Source: Anthoceros angustus (Eukaryota > Plantae > Anthocerotophyta). From it: a stretch of DNA of 64,000 nt. The DNA lies in NCBI GenBank assembly GCA_010909165.1, contig MU008170.1, positions 1,240,001 through 1,304,000 of the forward strand. The letters are read 5' to 3'. Of the stretch, positions 25,821 through 39,313 are shown piece by piece. The notes beneath the pieces were generated by a model. The model was not told the DNA's origin. It did not search any database and saw only the letters and a program-made list of their open reading frames with translations. The position numbers were made by a program, and so were the translations under genes. Every line of letters begins with the position of its first letter. The first letter of the stretch is position 1.

Positions 25821-26465
25821 ATGCCGAGGCAGGGTGGCTCGCGTAGAGGACGGTGTCGTCAGGGACCTCCTAGACAAAATACATCAGGAGGTGCCTCATC
25901 TCGACAACAGGCAGGAGTACCAATAGATACACTGCTGGATCTCTACGAGCAAGATTACCCAACCCTCTGGCTAAAGCGCTTTGCAGCACAAGACAGTTCA
26001 CATCCTGGACCAATAAAAAATCAGGAGGTAGATAGGTTGTACAGAGAACGTTGTGGAAGGAGAGGACAGAACCCTGATCTTGTCTACAGACCCAGATCTG
26101 ACGCCTCGATTTCTTCACCAGCTCAATTACAGGCACAAGTTGATCAGCTTCTTGAAACACATAGACATCTTGGGCTTCTATTTGAAGAGCAATATCAGCG
26201 TTTTCTAAGAGCAATTCATCTACGAAATATAAGGATCATGAATCACCTTCGGAGCATAGCTGAGATGACAGCCAAGATTAGAGCACATCAAATCAAGTAT
26301 GCGCCACCCAGATCTCCCAATCGAGGAGGTTGTCGGCGCTCAATTCTCAATCCTGCTGGTGGAAACACTGCATCGCAAGCGTCGCGATCTCACCTAAAGC
26401 GCCGCGAGCATCGCTGTGTACACCATGTGCCCTCGCGATCAAGCAAGGATCCACGCCTGCTGTGA
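25821..26465 (+). CDS. Extra ORF of unknown function between PBS and gag in the Copia element
   Basis: 214-aa ATG-initiated ORF 35 nt after the PBS. Arg/Gly-rich N-terminus and a helical, coiled-coil-like middle; no gag motifs. Confidence 0.5.
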   Translation: MPRQGGSRRGRCRQGPPRQNTSGGASSRQQAGVPIDTLLDLYEQDYPTLWLKRFAAQDSSHPGPIKNQEVDRLYRERCGRRGQNPDLVYRPRSDASISSPAQLQAQVDQLLETHRHLGLLFEEQYQRFLRAIHLRNIRIMNHLRSIAEMTAKIRAHQIKYAPPRSPNRGGCRRSILNPAGGNTASQASRSHLKRREHRCVHHVPSRSSKDPRLL

Positions 26466-26989
26466 TCTGGTTATTTTCCTGCGAGCAATGAAGAGGCGCC
26501 TTCGCGTCTGCTCATTTTGAAACACCAACCAACCGCCGTTTTTTGGTAAAAGTAGGTCAAGCAAAGAACTGAAACGTTAACCTGTTTTTGTTTCGTTCTC
26601 TCATGACCCCTTGATCACTTTTTTATTTGCTAACGTGTTTGAGTATTGGAAGAGGAATCACTTAGTGAGCATAGACAAACTCACATAGCTACAAATGTGT
26701 ATTCTGTCCGTGCATCTCTGAGTGGGCACACCTCATACACGCATTACGTCAGACATTTATTTATGCACATAATTAAGAAAGTGTAGGATCATAGGGCATC
26801 AATTAATACTGACCTGTGTTACTAAAGCCATAGCTCTAGTTATCTTGTTAGTCTTATATGTCCGCAGATCCAAATTTTGTCTATAGACGCCTAAGTAGCC
26901 TATTCCAAGCACTTAGCCTTGACAGCTAGTGACTACCCCGATTCGTAACCGAATCACCGTAGTCATGGCCACAACCCTCATACACGCCG

Positions 26990-29900
26990 ATGAAAGAGAA
27001 AGATCGATTCAATGGCACACAATACTGTATGGCGATCCGAATGAAGTCAACTTTATTGGCCCGACGTGTGTGGAAAATAGTAGATGGAACTACTCCCAAA
27101 CCAAATCCAATTGCAAATCCAAAGACCTTCTCACGATCGATTGTTGATTGGGACGAAGAATGTGCAAGCATAGCCTCCGATAGGGGACTTCATGCTGATC
27201 TCATACCCGAGGTGGAGTTCCTCGATAAAGCCTCTGATATCTGGACACAGCTGGAGAAAACATACAAAGTTACCAACGTGATGACTCTTGTTGGTGTAAA
27301 ACATGAATTCTATGCCTTAAAGATGAAAGAGGGAGATAAGGTGGCAGCATTCACAAGTAAATTCCGTCACCTTAGAGCACAGATGGCTTCTCTATCAGGA
27401 ACGAAGATGGAAGAGGTCGATGTTGTAGCTGAACTTCGCAAGGCTCCCTCCATCTTATCGCCTTTTATCACAAGTCGAATGGCCCCTCATGAACGCAACG
27501 CCGAGGTAGGCATCTGGAAACATCACCTTGGAAGAGGTGATAGGTGCTTTATATCGTGAAGAACAGAAAGGTGCGTTTCTGTGAACTCCTAAGAGTAAAA
27601 CGGAGAAGGCATTAATGGCAGGTCAGAGAACCTTCAAAGGAAAAGGCAAAGCCGGAGGTAAACCTCGCCAAACTTCAGATTCTGCTGGCTCATCAAAGCG
27701 TCCAGGAAACTGCAACTGGTGTGGTATAGCTGGACACTGGGCCAGGGAATGTAAGAAGAAAAAGGCAGGGGAACCTAAGCGCACTCCTAAAGGTTCTGCA
27801 ACTGTTGCTATTAAGGAGAAGACATCAGGTGACGCCAAACCAGTGGTGAAGATACTAACAGTATGCTTTGCCCGCCCCATATGTGATGATGATGGATGGT
27901 ACTTGGATTCTGGCGCTACTTCACACATCTGCAGAAGTAAAGAGCAATTTTACTTGGCATACACAAAATAGCTGAAAGAGTGCTATTGGGAGACGAACGA
28001 AACCAATCCAGTCTCCAGATCCTTGGCAGTGGCACGTGCAAGTTTACTCTACACGATGGATCAATTCTTACCTTGGATGAAGCCCTTTTTGTGCCGTCAA
28101 TGGCTAAGAATCTGGTCTCTCAAAGAACCGATGCAACTTCGAGTATATGATATGAAAGCCAGTGAGGATACTTGTCTCTTCTATAAGAGGTCAGAACCTT
28201 CCATGCCGGCATTCAAAGGTACATTAAATAATGATCTTTACAGACTGAATATTTGTACCCTTAGACACCAGGCCAGTCTTGTCTCTAAGAAGTCCCAAAG
28301 CCTTGCTGTCCTGTGGCATGCACGACTTGGTCATGTAAATAAGCGAAAGCTGATAGACATGTCATTACAGAAATGTCACCTCGAACCCTTGCCTCAGGTT
28401 TTCAAAGATTTACCTTCTTGTGAAGCTTGCATTGTTGCCAAGCAAAAAGCTCACCCTTTTCCAGTCTCAGCTTCTTCCAGAGCATCTGCCGTCCTCGAGT
28501 TAGTGCATGCAGACATTTCAGGCAAAATACATGTCCCGTCCTTTGGCGGTTCTATCTATTACCTATGCATCACTGATGATTATTCCCGGTACACTTGGAC
28601 TTTCCCGATGCACCTGAAGAGTGATACCTTTGAACTCTTCCATGATTGGTCACGATCATGAAATGTATGTGTCGTGTTAAATATCTTGATCGACAATGGA
28701 ATGTAATTTGTTAACACAACATTTGATAGCTTCCTACAAGAGAGGGGGATACAACGACAGCTTACAATTCCATATACCCCACAACAAAATGGCGTGGCCG
28801 AAAGGAAAAATCAGACCTTATTAGCCATGACCAGGAGCATGTTATTGTGGGCCAACTTATCTCAAGAATATTGGGCTGAGGCAATCGTTGCTGCAACCTA
28901 TATTCTGAACCGACTCTTCACCAGTTCCGTCCCTTTGCAGACTCCATATGAGGCTTATTGGAAGCGAAACCCAGCTTGAAGCACTTGCGTCTTTGGTTCC
29001 CGTGCTTTTGCTCTCATCCCAGAGGAGAAGAGAAAGAAGCTGGATCCAAGAGCCCAAGCACTCATCTTCATTGGGTACAGTGAACAGTCTAAGGCTTACA
29101 AATTGTATCACCCCGACGAACAACGAGTGGTGTTAGCTCGATCAGTTACCTTTCTGGAAATTGATAAACTTCTCATCTTAGGTCAAACCACCACGTAGGG
29201 AGTTTACCTACCATGATGATGACATCAGACTTCCTTCTGATGATTCAATTGACGAGGGAGATGAACCACCTGTCCAGCCTGTGGGTACACCTCCCCCTGT
29301 TCAGCCTATACCCCCACCTGTACAGCATCAGCCTGCAAACGCTGTTAATCCAGATCCACCTACTCCTATTCCACAAGAAGATGATCATCAACCTAACTAT
29401 CATGCTGTACCAGCAGAGGGAGATGAGGGCTATGCACTGGTTGAGGAGGACCCACCTGAAGAAAATGAACCTCTACTAGCTGTTCAATATGAAGAACCTG
29501 ATCCTCCCTTGCGACGGTCAACCAGAAACCGCCCTCCTCCAGAACAGTGGAAAGAGCTACGTTATGAATCAATTGACTATAGAACAGCATATGCAGACAT
29601 CTGCAATTCTGCTTCAAGCACTCTACACCTGGAGCCTAAGTCTTTGACAGAGGCTTACTCAGGATCTGAGTGCGATAAATGGAAGCATGCAGTTGATGAT
29701 GAGTACAATTCCCTAGTCAAGAATAAGACATGGAAGCTTGCGGACCTCCCGCCTGGCAGAAAACCTATCTCCTGCAAATGGGTATTTAAGCTTAAGCTGA
29801 ATGCTAAGGGAGAAATCGCCAGATATAAGGCTAGGCTGGTCGCACGAGGATTCACACAGGTTGAGGGACTAGACTACCAGGAAACCTTTTCACCTGTTGT

Positions 29901-31216
29901 GAAAGCTCAGTCAATAAGGATGATATTAGCACTGGCAGCAGAATTTGATTTAGACCGCATCAAATGGACGATGCATGCACCTTTTATATGGTGCTCTGGA
30001 CGAAGACTTATACATGGTCCAGCCTGAAGGCTATGTGGATCCTAAACATCCTAAGCAGGTTCTGAAGCTATTAAAGACCATCTATGGTCTGAAACAAAGT
30101 GGCAGAGTTTGGTATTTCACCATCCACGAACATCTGATCAACAACTCTTTTGTTCAAAGCTCTGCTGATGGTACTGTATACAAGTTGACCAAGGGAGCTG
30201 AATATGTTATTCTATCACTGTACGTTGACGATGTTATACTAGCTACCAATAGTCAGCCACTGCTGGCAGAGGTTAAAGAGATGCTAAGTGGCAGATTCGA
30301 TATGAAGGACATAGGTGAGTTAAAGTTCTGTTTGGGCATTCAGTTGCTAAGGGTAAGACCTGAGAAGCTAATTATTATCCACCAGTACCAATACGTACAA
30401 GAACTGCTGCACAAATTTAAGCTTGAACAGGCAAGACCATCTACCACACCCTATGCACTAGGAACTAAGCTGACTAGCCTACAGTGTCCACAAGGTGCAG
30501 ACGAGATTAAGGAGATGACACAGGTTCCCTACAGGCATGCAATAGGCAGTCTCATATTTATAGCTAACTGGACACGACCCGATATTCAATATTCTGTCAG
30601 CACCTTGTCACAATTTCTGGAAAACCCAGGCCGCGTGCATTGGACAGCAGCTAAACGTGTCTTTCGCTATTTAAAGGGGACGCAGTCTTATGGGCTCGCA
30701 TACAGGAGCAGTGGAGAGCAGAAACTTACCTTGAAGGGCTTCACAGACGCTGACTGGGCGTCGGATACAGAGTCACGTCGAAGCCTCTCCACGTATTGCT
30801 TTCTCCTCTCATCAGCTGTTATTAATTGGAGCTGTAAGAAACAAACTTCAGTAGCTTTGTCCTCAACTGAGGCCGAGTATAAAAGTTTAATAGAGGCATC
30901 CAAGGAGGCTGAGTGGGAACGCACCTTCTTGTCCGATTTAGGACAGAAGCAAGACATGCCGACTCCTCTCCTGTGTGACAATATGTCAGCTTTGGAACTT
31001 GTTGCCAATCCTAAGTTCCATGCAAGAACGAAACACATAGAAATACAGCACCACTATGTTAGAGACGTGGTCGAACGTGGAATCGTGAAAGTCAGCTATG
31101 TATCAACAGAACTTAACACGGCTGACATCCTTACTAAGGGCCTTCCCAAACATAAACATTATGAACATATGGAAGGCCTAGGCCTGATTGACTTCACAGC
31201 TTATGAACAGCTCTAA
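26990..31216 (+). CDS. Copia gag-pol polyprotein (several frameshifts)
   Basis: Gag FNGTQY..WKIVDG; zinc knuckle CNWCGIAGHWAREC; protease WYLDSGATSHIC; LWHARLGH..CEAC; integrase LELVHADISG and PQQNGVAERKN; RT YKARLVARGFTQ and YVDD; RNase H DADWA and RTKHIEIQHH. Confidence 0.95.
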
Positions 31217-32211
31217 GGTGTACTTATCTGGTTTTAGAGGGGTTGGATATGGCATCCAAGTCTACTTTAGGGTTGTTGTGAACTTGTTGTGAACAACAGA
31301 TAGCATATGTTTTCATACCAACAGCCAGGTGATTTAATTTGCCAACAAGCTTCCACCTGCCCTCTCCCAGATGATTTAAGCTGCACAAGCAACGACAATC
31401 AGTCTTCTGTAGCCGTTACAAATTTTGAACAACAAAAAGGACACACAGGATCAGATGGATGAAGCGTGAGGGATATACCTAATCATCTGTATGCCTGTTT
31501 TTCAAACCTTGTCAAAGTCCACCTCCTTGAGCCTGTTTAGCATTTTGATAGTGTCCTCTAGCTGCCTGACAAGACCCTGCCTTTTTTCCTCAGTTTGTTC
31601 ACGAGTTGGAGGCTCGGAGATGTGGGTATCCCTGTCTCTGACTTTGCCTATCACCAAGGACACATCTGGCCCACATGATAGTTCCTCAAGCGCACATGCT
31701 TACCGACCTCATGTCCGCCGTCCCACTCCCATCCTTTGGTTGCTCCCTCCTTGCTCGAGGCACGACATCCGATGAAGAGGACGCCTGTGCTCGTTGTCGC
31801 TGTGGACTGTGGAACAAAAGGGATGGTTACCACCGCCCACTTCTCTTCCGCCTCCTTGCAGGAGGAACTCGAGGCTCACCGCTGCCTTGTCTTCATGGTC
31901 ACCAAGAATGAAAATCCATGACGCAAAGATGAAGAGCGCGAGTTGAGATTTGGCGGTGAGCATGAGGTGGAGCTCCATTCTTGTAGCCACGGACTTGATT
32001 GCAGGATTCAAGATGGATCGCCCCAACCACCGGTTTACGCCTGCTGCGCCAGCAGAGCTTGTTCCTTGTGATACCTAGCCGCCTGCTTCTCGTGGGAAGT
32101 CCCTTATCTCATGGTTCGCATGGGATCGCGTACGGGGTTTTGGGTTTTTGTAAACGGGTTTATGCCTGGAGTTTATGTTTCTCTCGTTAAGCTCATAAGC
32201 TCAAGAGGGAG

Positions 32212-32418
32212 TGTTAAGGGTTAATCTGTTATTCGCTTAACCTAGCTGTTATTCGCTAACATACCGTTTGATATTTAGGGTTACGTGGTATATAATGAAC
32301 ACATATGAGACCTTTTATTATTCTTTTGATTATTCATCGTTTTTGCACACACACAAGACTTTGTGTAGTCTCTAAGCCTTCTGGCCTTAGTAAAATGATC
32401 GTGCTCCGATAATTTACA
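32212..32418 (+). repeat. Copia 3' LTR
   Basis: Matches the 5' LTR; preceded by the PPT and followed by the TSD. Confidence 0.97.
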
Positions 32419-32859
32419 TACGTATGCGGCAAAAACAAGGAATATCGATGAGCAAGTCAAAAATCAAGAATATACAAGATAGTACGTGTAGTATTGTTAA
32501 GGGAAATGCATAGTATGTACCGGTTTGAACGTTGCCACGTGAGTCATGTTCAGAACCTCCATCACCTCTACCTACTAGCTAGAATAAACAATGGTAGCCA
32601 AAAAACCAGAATCTCGTACGATTCTTGCGCACCATGTTCCACAAAAGGAGCAGCATCATGATGGTGCTGCAACCACCACCACCACCTTGGTCATAAAACT
32701 CGCGACACACCAACCCTTCTTCAATGCGGCCTTTCGCCGTAAGCATGCCGCCACGAGTAGTGCCATAAACTATAATATCATGAGTACACAGATTGAAAGG
32801 ATGACATACATCAGAGGTTATGGAGGATGCATCACTTGATGTCATATAGACTATAGTCT

Positions 32860-33300
32860 AGAGCTCATTGATGACATTTTGTTTTGGTGACATAAAAGTA
32901 AGAAACGTAGGTGTCCAACACAGAAGTCCATAAAGAGAAGGTATCTCTTTTTAGTACAAGCTATAGGCTAGAGCTCATTGATGACATTTCATTTTGGTGG
33001 CATAAAAGTAAGAAACTTAGGTGTCCAACACATAAGTCTAAAAAGAGAAGGTATCTCTTTTACTACATAAAGTCTTCGTTGCTCTTCATTTAAAAACAAA
33101 AAGAACGTTAACAAAATAGAGGCATCCAACAATGACATCTAAAATGGAAGTTACCTAGATTAGAGGTGTCAAAGAAAGAAATCTAAACATAAAATGGCCT
33201 AAATTAGAGGTGTACAAGAAAGAAATCTAAAAATAAAAATTGCTGAGATTAGACATGTCCAACAAAGAAATCTAAAGATAAAAATTCCCTAGATTAGAAT
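32860..33300. repeat. AT-rich tandem repeats (~108 bp x2, then ~40 bp x3-4)
   Basis: TAGAGCTCATTGATGACATTT...GAGAAGGTATCTCTTT occurs twice; AGATTAGAGGTGTC..AAGAAATCTAAA is repeated. Confidence 0.75.
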
Positions 33301-33831
33301 GAGAAAATGCTAGAAGGTATTTATAAGGAAACATTACGAGAATGGAAGTAGCTTCTAAATAAAAGAGCTCTTGAAGGAGTATAAATATTGCGAAACCACG
33401 TCATACATTCAAACATTCATATGTAAGATTTACCCCCAGCAGGAGGCATGTCTTCGAGTTACTTGTGAACTTGGAGCTTTGCCCTTTATATGAGATCTTT
33501 GTTCTTTTTTTCTCCTTGAACAAAAGATATATTATATTTTATTATGATATGTGATATAACTTACTTAACTCAACAGAACCACTTGCGTTTCAGCAAGCAT
33601 TTCATACATTGAGATCTACTTTTGAACTAGGTCTATTTTTGTGTTGCGCTTGGACCGCTTTTGTTTTTTATCGATACTTTTTTTTCTCCTTGAAGAAAAA
33701 ATTATTGACTTTTATTATGGTGTGTGACATAACTTTCTAAACTTAAGGAAGATCTCACGCATAACAATAAGTTACGGAGAAATCTAAAAGTAATTAAATT
33801 ATATATACCAAAGCATTTAACGCTAACCATA

Positions 33832-34617
33832 ATGACTATGGCAAAATCACAAGTCGATGTACCTTTTATAAGACAAGTATGGGGTTACAATCTTGAACAA
33901 GAATTAGACTTTATCCGGTTCCATATTATTCATCAATATCGTATAATAAGTATAGATACGAATTTCCGAGCAGTGGTGGTGCCCGATGCAAGTTATTACA
34001 TAGAAGACTATGAATACCAAATGATTAAAGGTAATGTAGATAGACTAAAGTTAATCCAACTAGGGCTTACATTTGCCGATGAAAATGCAAAGCTACCTCT
34101 TTGTAAAGAAAGCAAAAGTTTGGTATGGCAATTCAATTTTAGAATCAACCTTGACCAAGATATGTATGCGAAGATAGTATAAATCTCTTGCGTGATGGTA
34201 TAGATTTTGATCAACACGGATAATGGGCATCGATGTTGAACATTTTCGACAACTATTCAAACGCTGCAATATATTACATAATCAAAATTTGCAATGGGTT
34301 GGTTTCCACCCAACCTACGATTTTGCCTACTTGCTAAAACCATCACAGTCAAGAATTACCGAGACAAGAGAAGAATTTCTTTGTTTTGTAGCTAATTATT
34401 TTCCTAATATATTTGACGTCAAATACATGATGTGTTGGACAAGTAGTTTAAGTATATTAGCAAAAGTACTAAGTGGGGAGACAAAGGGACTTGTCATCAA
34501 GGTGTCCAGATTCCTTTAACTTTTCATGTATTTCAAAAATATGTGAAAAGTGGCCCATCTTCAAGATGGACACTTCATGTATTATAAGGATCAATTATAT
34601 GGATTAAGTCCATATAA
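33832..34617 (+). pseudogene. CAF1: CAF1/POP2-family (DEDD) deadenylase; intronless, frameshifted, AT-rich
   Basis: IRQVWGYNLEQE, SIDT(N)F, YQMIKGNVDRLKLIQLGLTF, WQFNF, WVGFHPTYDFAYLLK, FPNIFDVKYM and a terminal LYGL. Confidence 0.85.
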
Positions 34618-36479
34618 AATATATTTTAAACTAAAATTAATTTAATAATGAACTAAGTTCTATAAACATATTTTATCTTACTATCATCAGGCGTATTATC
34701 TAGCGTAAACTTTTCAACCCTGTACGGAAGAGGCACGTGTTCAATTGCTCTTTCTAACCCTACCACAGTCCCCACTGTGGAACGCAAAAGTTTGGGCCTC
34801 TTTGTCATTTTGATCTAATTCGTTTCATTTTGGTTTGACCCCGATCCAAGGTGACCAACATCTATTAATGGATGCTTCTTTTGAGCCATTCAGGGAAGTT
34901 AGGAACAATGATAGGAACTTAGAAGTTTCGTGATAGGTAGACTAGTTCAGAGTAGGAGGAGGTCCTTCCCAAGTAGGTCGACGAGGAGGACCTTTGGGCG
35001 TAGGGTATATTTTTAGGTAATGCTTAGTCTATATATGTGAATAAGGGGGATATAGGAAATTAATTTAGGATCATAGGGTTAAGTAGCAATAAGGTGGCAC
35101 ACCTGGGAGTGTTTGGCAGGGAACACTGCTTGAGAAGATATTGGTGGAGATGGTGCCTCGTGGCGATAATCGACGGTCCAGGCTAGTTAGGCATTATTTT
35201 CCGAACGGCCTAAATGGGAGGGCATCTTCCACCTCTCTCTTTAGCAAGCAGGTGTGAGCCTCCCCTTAGTGAGATTTGAGATAGAAATGGAGGGGGAGGA
35301 GGGGGGAGGAGCGGGGGGATGCTTGATTTCGCCATAGGATTGTGCAAGCTTTGTGCATGTGTTCAAGGCATCCATGCAAGCTTGAGCGATTGAGGAGCTC
35401 GAAGCTAGGTGGCACACGTCTGGGTGCTTTGTGGACAGCAACATGGGCTGGCACAGGAGATAGGAGGGGGCCTTGTACAAGCTTGGAAGTTGCAGGGCGC
35501 ATGGTTGGAAGGAGCTATGCTTAGGAGCTAGGAGTTGCAAGGAGTGTGTGCTGGGAAGTGACACGGGCAAATTGTGAGGCACGCAATTTCAAAGAGGGCG
35601 CATCCGTGTTGTGGGTGTGCAGAAGCAAGAGCTCAACTTTTGGAGCTAAGGTGTGGAGAAGCCAAGGCCAACTGTTTCTGAATACTCAAACTCACCACTG
35701 TGAAAACGGCGTCTTGCATTTGCAGCCTTGGAGTACACAAGCTCACTTTCCTTGGCAGGCCTGGATATGGCAGCCATGTCGATAGCGGAAGGTCTGGCAG
35801 ACACAGTAGCAGCCCTCTGACTTAAAGTCTCTCCTGAGGTGCCTCGCGAACGTCCTCCTGCCGGCGCTAGGTTTAGCGGCAATCACTGCTGCAGAAGAAG
35901 GATTCACCTCCTTCTCCTTTCTGTGCAATTGGGCAGTTGATTTAGTAGCAAACCTTCCTGTTGTCCTGCGCGCATCGATGCTTAGGAGCCGTAACCTCGG
36001 AAGACGAAGACATGGTGAGAAGCACTATCTTCCTCTCAAGATGCTCTATGGCAATGAGGCTCAAGGCGTAAAGCAGAATTATATAGGACACGACTCATCC
36101 TGCAGCTGACTTCACTCGGCAGCTTATCCGTGTCATGAAACCGGGGTGTAAGATGGTATAGGCACAAGTGCCGTAATGAGAAGTATACGATTCGCAGCTC
36201 AACCTCAGTCCTTCACGAGCAGCTCGCTACATGAAGTCTGTCCTTTTCATTATCAACAAGTGGGAGTGAAGAAATAGAGTGTTGACATAATGAGTAGGGT
36301 TCAGGGTTTAGCTAATTATTACTTGACTCATATAACTTAGGGTAATCCAACTAGTGTCCTTTCATTAGGGTTACGTCTCTTCACCGAATGGACATACCTT
36401 TTCATCTTCTTAGTTTAAGATGTCTTTTCAAGCATAACTACTTACTTCTTTTTCTTAATCAATATACAATATAATTATC

Positions 36480-37590
36480 TCATGAATGATGAGAGTAATT
36501 CACATAAATCTTCAAAACCTATGTAAACCCTCTAGCTACAAGCCGAGCCTTATACCTGCGATTTCTCCTTGGGCATTTAGCTTAAGCTTGAAAACTCATT
36601 TACAGGATGTAGGCTTTCGACCAGAGGGTAGTTCAACAAATTTCCAAGTATGATTCTTGACTAGAGAGTTGAATTCATCATCGACTGCCGCTTTTCATTT
36701 GTCATGTTGAGGTCCATAGAATGCTGCCTTAAGAGATTGTGGCTCTAAGTGTAAAGCCATTGAGGCAGATCGGCATACGAGGTACGGAAATCAATAGACT
36801 CATATCAAGGTTTTTTCCACTCTTCGCGCGATGGCCTATGCCGAGTAGATTGTCTTAAAGGGGGCTCTAGATCTGGCTCAGGAAGAGGTTTGGCAAGTAC
36901 GGGCTCAGCTGGGCCTACCACAACAAGTTTGGCTTCAACAAGCTCAGGGGCAACAGGTGCTAACAGATCATCTGCAAATGCCTTGGCAAGAGGCTGAGGC
37001 TCAATGTCAGGGACATCGAGGGTGACATCTACATCATGTGGAAACTAATAATCAGAAGGTTCATTGTCATAGCAGGTGGGTGGGTCAAGGTTAGGGTCGT
37101 ACTCTCTACTCGATCTCTCTCCTTAGTTGGTAATGATGTAAGATGGGCGGTTTAGTGGGTTCAAGGAAAGTGACATAACAAGCTAAAGTGGCATGCCTAG
37201 TTGCAGGATCATACAATTTATAAGCCTTAGAAGTCTCATTGTAACCAAAAAAAGATGAGGGCATGAGCACGAGGATCTTAATTGCGTCTTTTCTCCTCAG
37301 GGATAAAGGCAAAGGTAACGAGAACCAAAAACCCGAAGGTGTAGAAGACTGGGTTTTCGATGCCATAAAGCTTCATATGGGGTTATGTGTGAAACACGGC
37401 TGGTAAACAGACGTTTCAATACAATAGGTGGTACAGACAATACCTTCAGACCAAAAACTTTGGGGTAAGCCAGCCCAAACTAACATACTCCGGGTCATAG
37501 AAAGGAGGGTTTGATTCTTCCTTTCGGCCACACCATTCTGTTGAGGAGCATAGGGGACTGTAAGTTGTCTTTGTATACCATGTTCCCAAA
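36480..37590 (-). pseudogene. Degenerate Copia integrase-RT fragment related to the full-length element
   Basis: GIQRQLTVPYAPQQNGVAERKNQTLLSMTRSML, GYNETSKAYKLYDP and LHLEPQSL..AVDDEFNSLVKNHTW..VFKLKLNAQGEI, with in-frame stops. Confidence 0.88.
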
Positions 37591-39313
37591 CCCGGTGATT
37601 CGGGTTGGTGTAAGTGGAGGTGTGAGGGCCAATTGCCCCCCAACAGAGTTGCCTTGTAAGTGTAGGGACCGAATAGGCCGGCCCTATCGATGTAGGGGGT
37701 GGCCCTACGTCCATAGGTCCAGATGATAGTGCGACGAGAGGTAGCATTGCGAAGAGTGGAGATGGTGTTGGGGTGGCAAATGCCCAAGGAGTGGAGCCAG
37801 TGGTGGGTGCTGATAGGGGCGCCCAAGGAAGGCTGATGGACTATGAGGATGAGAGCGCCATGATAGGTGCAAGTGGAGAGGAAAAGAAGGGGAAACCCTC
37901 TTCCTCTAGGGTTATGGAAGATGCCGGTAGCAAGGATGCAATGGTTGCTAAGAGGGCACGGCTTGCTTTGCTGTATGCGGATAGTGGAGGCTCGCATGGA
38001 GGGAGCGAAGAGCCGATCAAGTTTGAGTGGGGTAGCGGCTGATTTTGCTGTCTTTTGCTTGTTGGTGATAGATGTTATAGTGCCAAGAAGGAGTTTTGTA
38101 GTTGTTAGATTTTATGTTTGGCATAGGTGTAGTTGTGTGGTGGCGGATCTTGAGGCAATTTGTTGGAGAATGAGGAGTAGAGGGTGAAAGCAACTAAGCC
38201 AAGGAAGTAGCTTGAGGTTCCTGCACAGACAAGCAGCCGTTGACAGGTTTGCGTATTAGGGAACGGACGCGTGGAGGGGTGTCACGGCCGAGAATGGTCG
38301 AGGTAGACCGAGACCGTTTTAGGCCGTGCGCCCCGACGCACCCAATACTCGACTGCAGAACGAGGCAGGAGCCGAGGTTTGTTAGGAATTTAAGACTTGG
38401 TGCTCGGTGTACTCGGCTTATAGTTCTTTTTTCTCTTGCGAAGATCAAAGTGTCTGCTGAACATTTATTCTTTTCACCCTAAGCATTCCGCAAAAAAACC
38501 AATAGGGCGGTCAAGGCCCCAGACGAGGCCACAACTTTACAGTCGAATTGTGGAGGATTTGCTGCAGGGGTTTGGGTTGGGAGCTGAGCATGCGAGAGAG
38601 GAGTAGCAATCCGTGCAAGGAGCTCATGTTCAAGTGAGCAGCCACAAGGGTTGCAATAGTAGGCTATGTCGGTGCCGAGGCATGTAGAATTGTGCTCACG
38701 GGGGAGTCACGATGTGAGGATGGCACGACAAGGCCGTGTGCTAAAATAGAAGAGGCCATGGTAGAGCGCTCACGGCAGGCTGAATTTGCAGCTGGGCTGC
38801 AAGATGGAGGTGTGGCATGGCCACAGGAAGGCAGTATTGCAGCTGGGCTACAACATGGTGAAGGAAATCACAACGAGGTTTGCATTATGAAGGCAGAATT
38901 TGAAGTTGGGCTGCAAGTAGGTATGAAGGGAGGCCGTTGTGGTGGCTGCGATGAGAATTGGGCAGCAAGGCGGGCTGATACGAGAGTTGGTGGAGGAGTT
39001 CGCTAAAGAGAATTGTTGTTAAGGAGCTTGGTGAGGAGGTCACTGGGGAATAAATGCAATTTATTTAGGGTGTGTGATGTGCACAAGGGAACTTGGTGTG
39101 TTGTTGGATATTGAAGTATAAGAACTCTAGAGCTAAGCATCTTAGGGGTAGATTAGTGCTTAGATGGGGTGCTTTTTGTATGAGGTATATAAGCTTATAT
39201 TTGTAGAAGTCACATGGGAGCTGCTTGGGAGAGTGCATAGGTGGTGCACTCTATGTTAGATAGGAGGTGCCATGTAGCGGCGCCGCAGAAGCAAGTAGAG
39301 CTGTGATGTAGGT

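Larger units (their letters stand above)
25567..32418 (+). mobile_element. Full-length Ty1/Copia LTR retrotransposon (6,852 bp)
   Basis: TG..CA LTRs at 25567-25773 and 32212-32418 (207 bp, identical by eye). TSD TACGT at 25562-25566 and 32419-32423. Met PBS at 25774-25785; PPT AAGAGGGAG at 32203-32211. Domain order gag-PR-IN-RT-RH. Confidence 0.97.
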
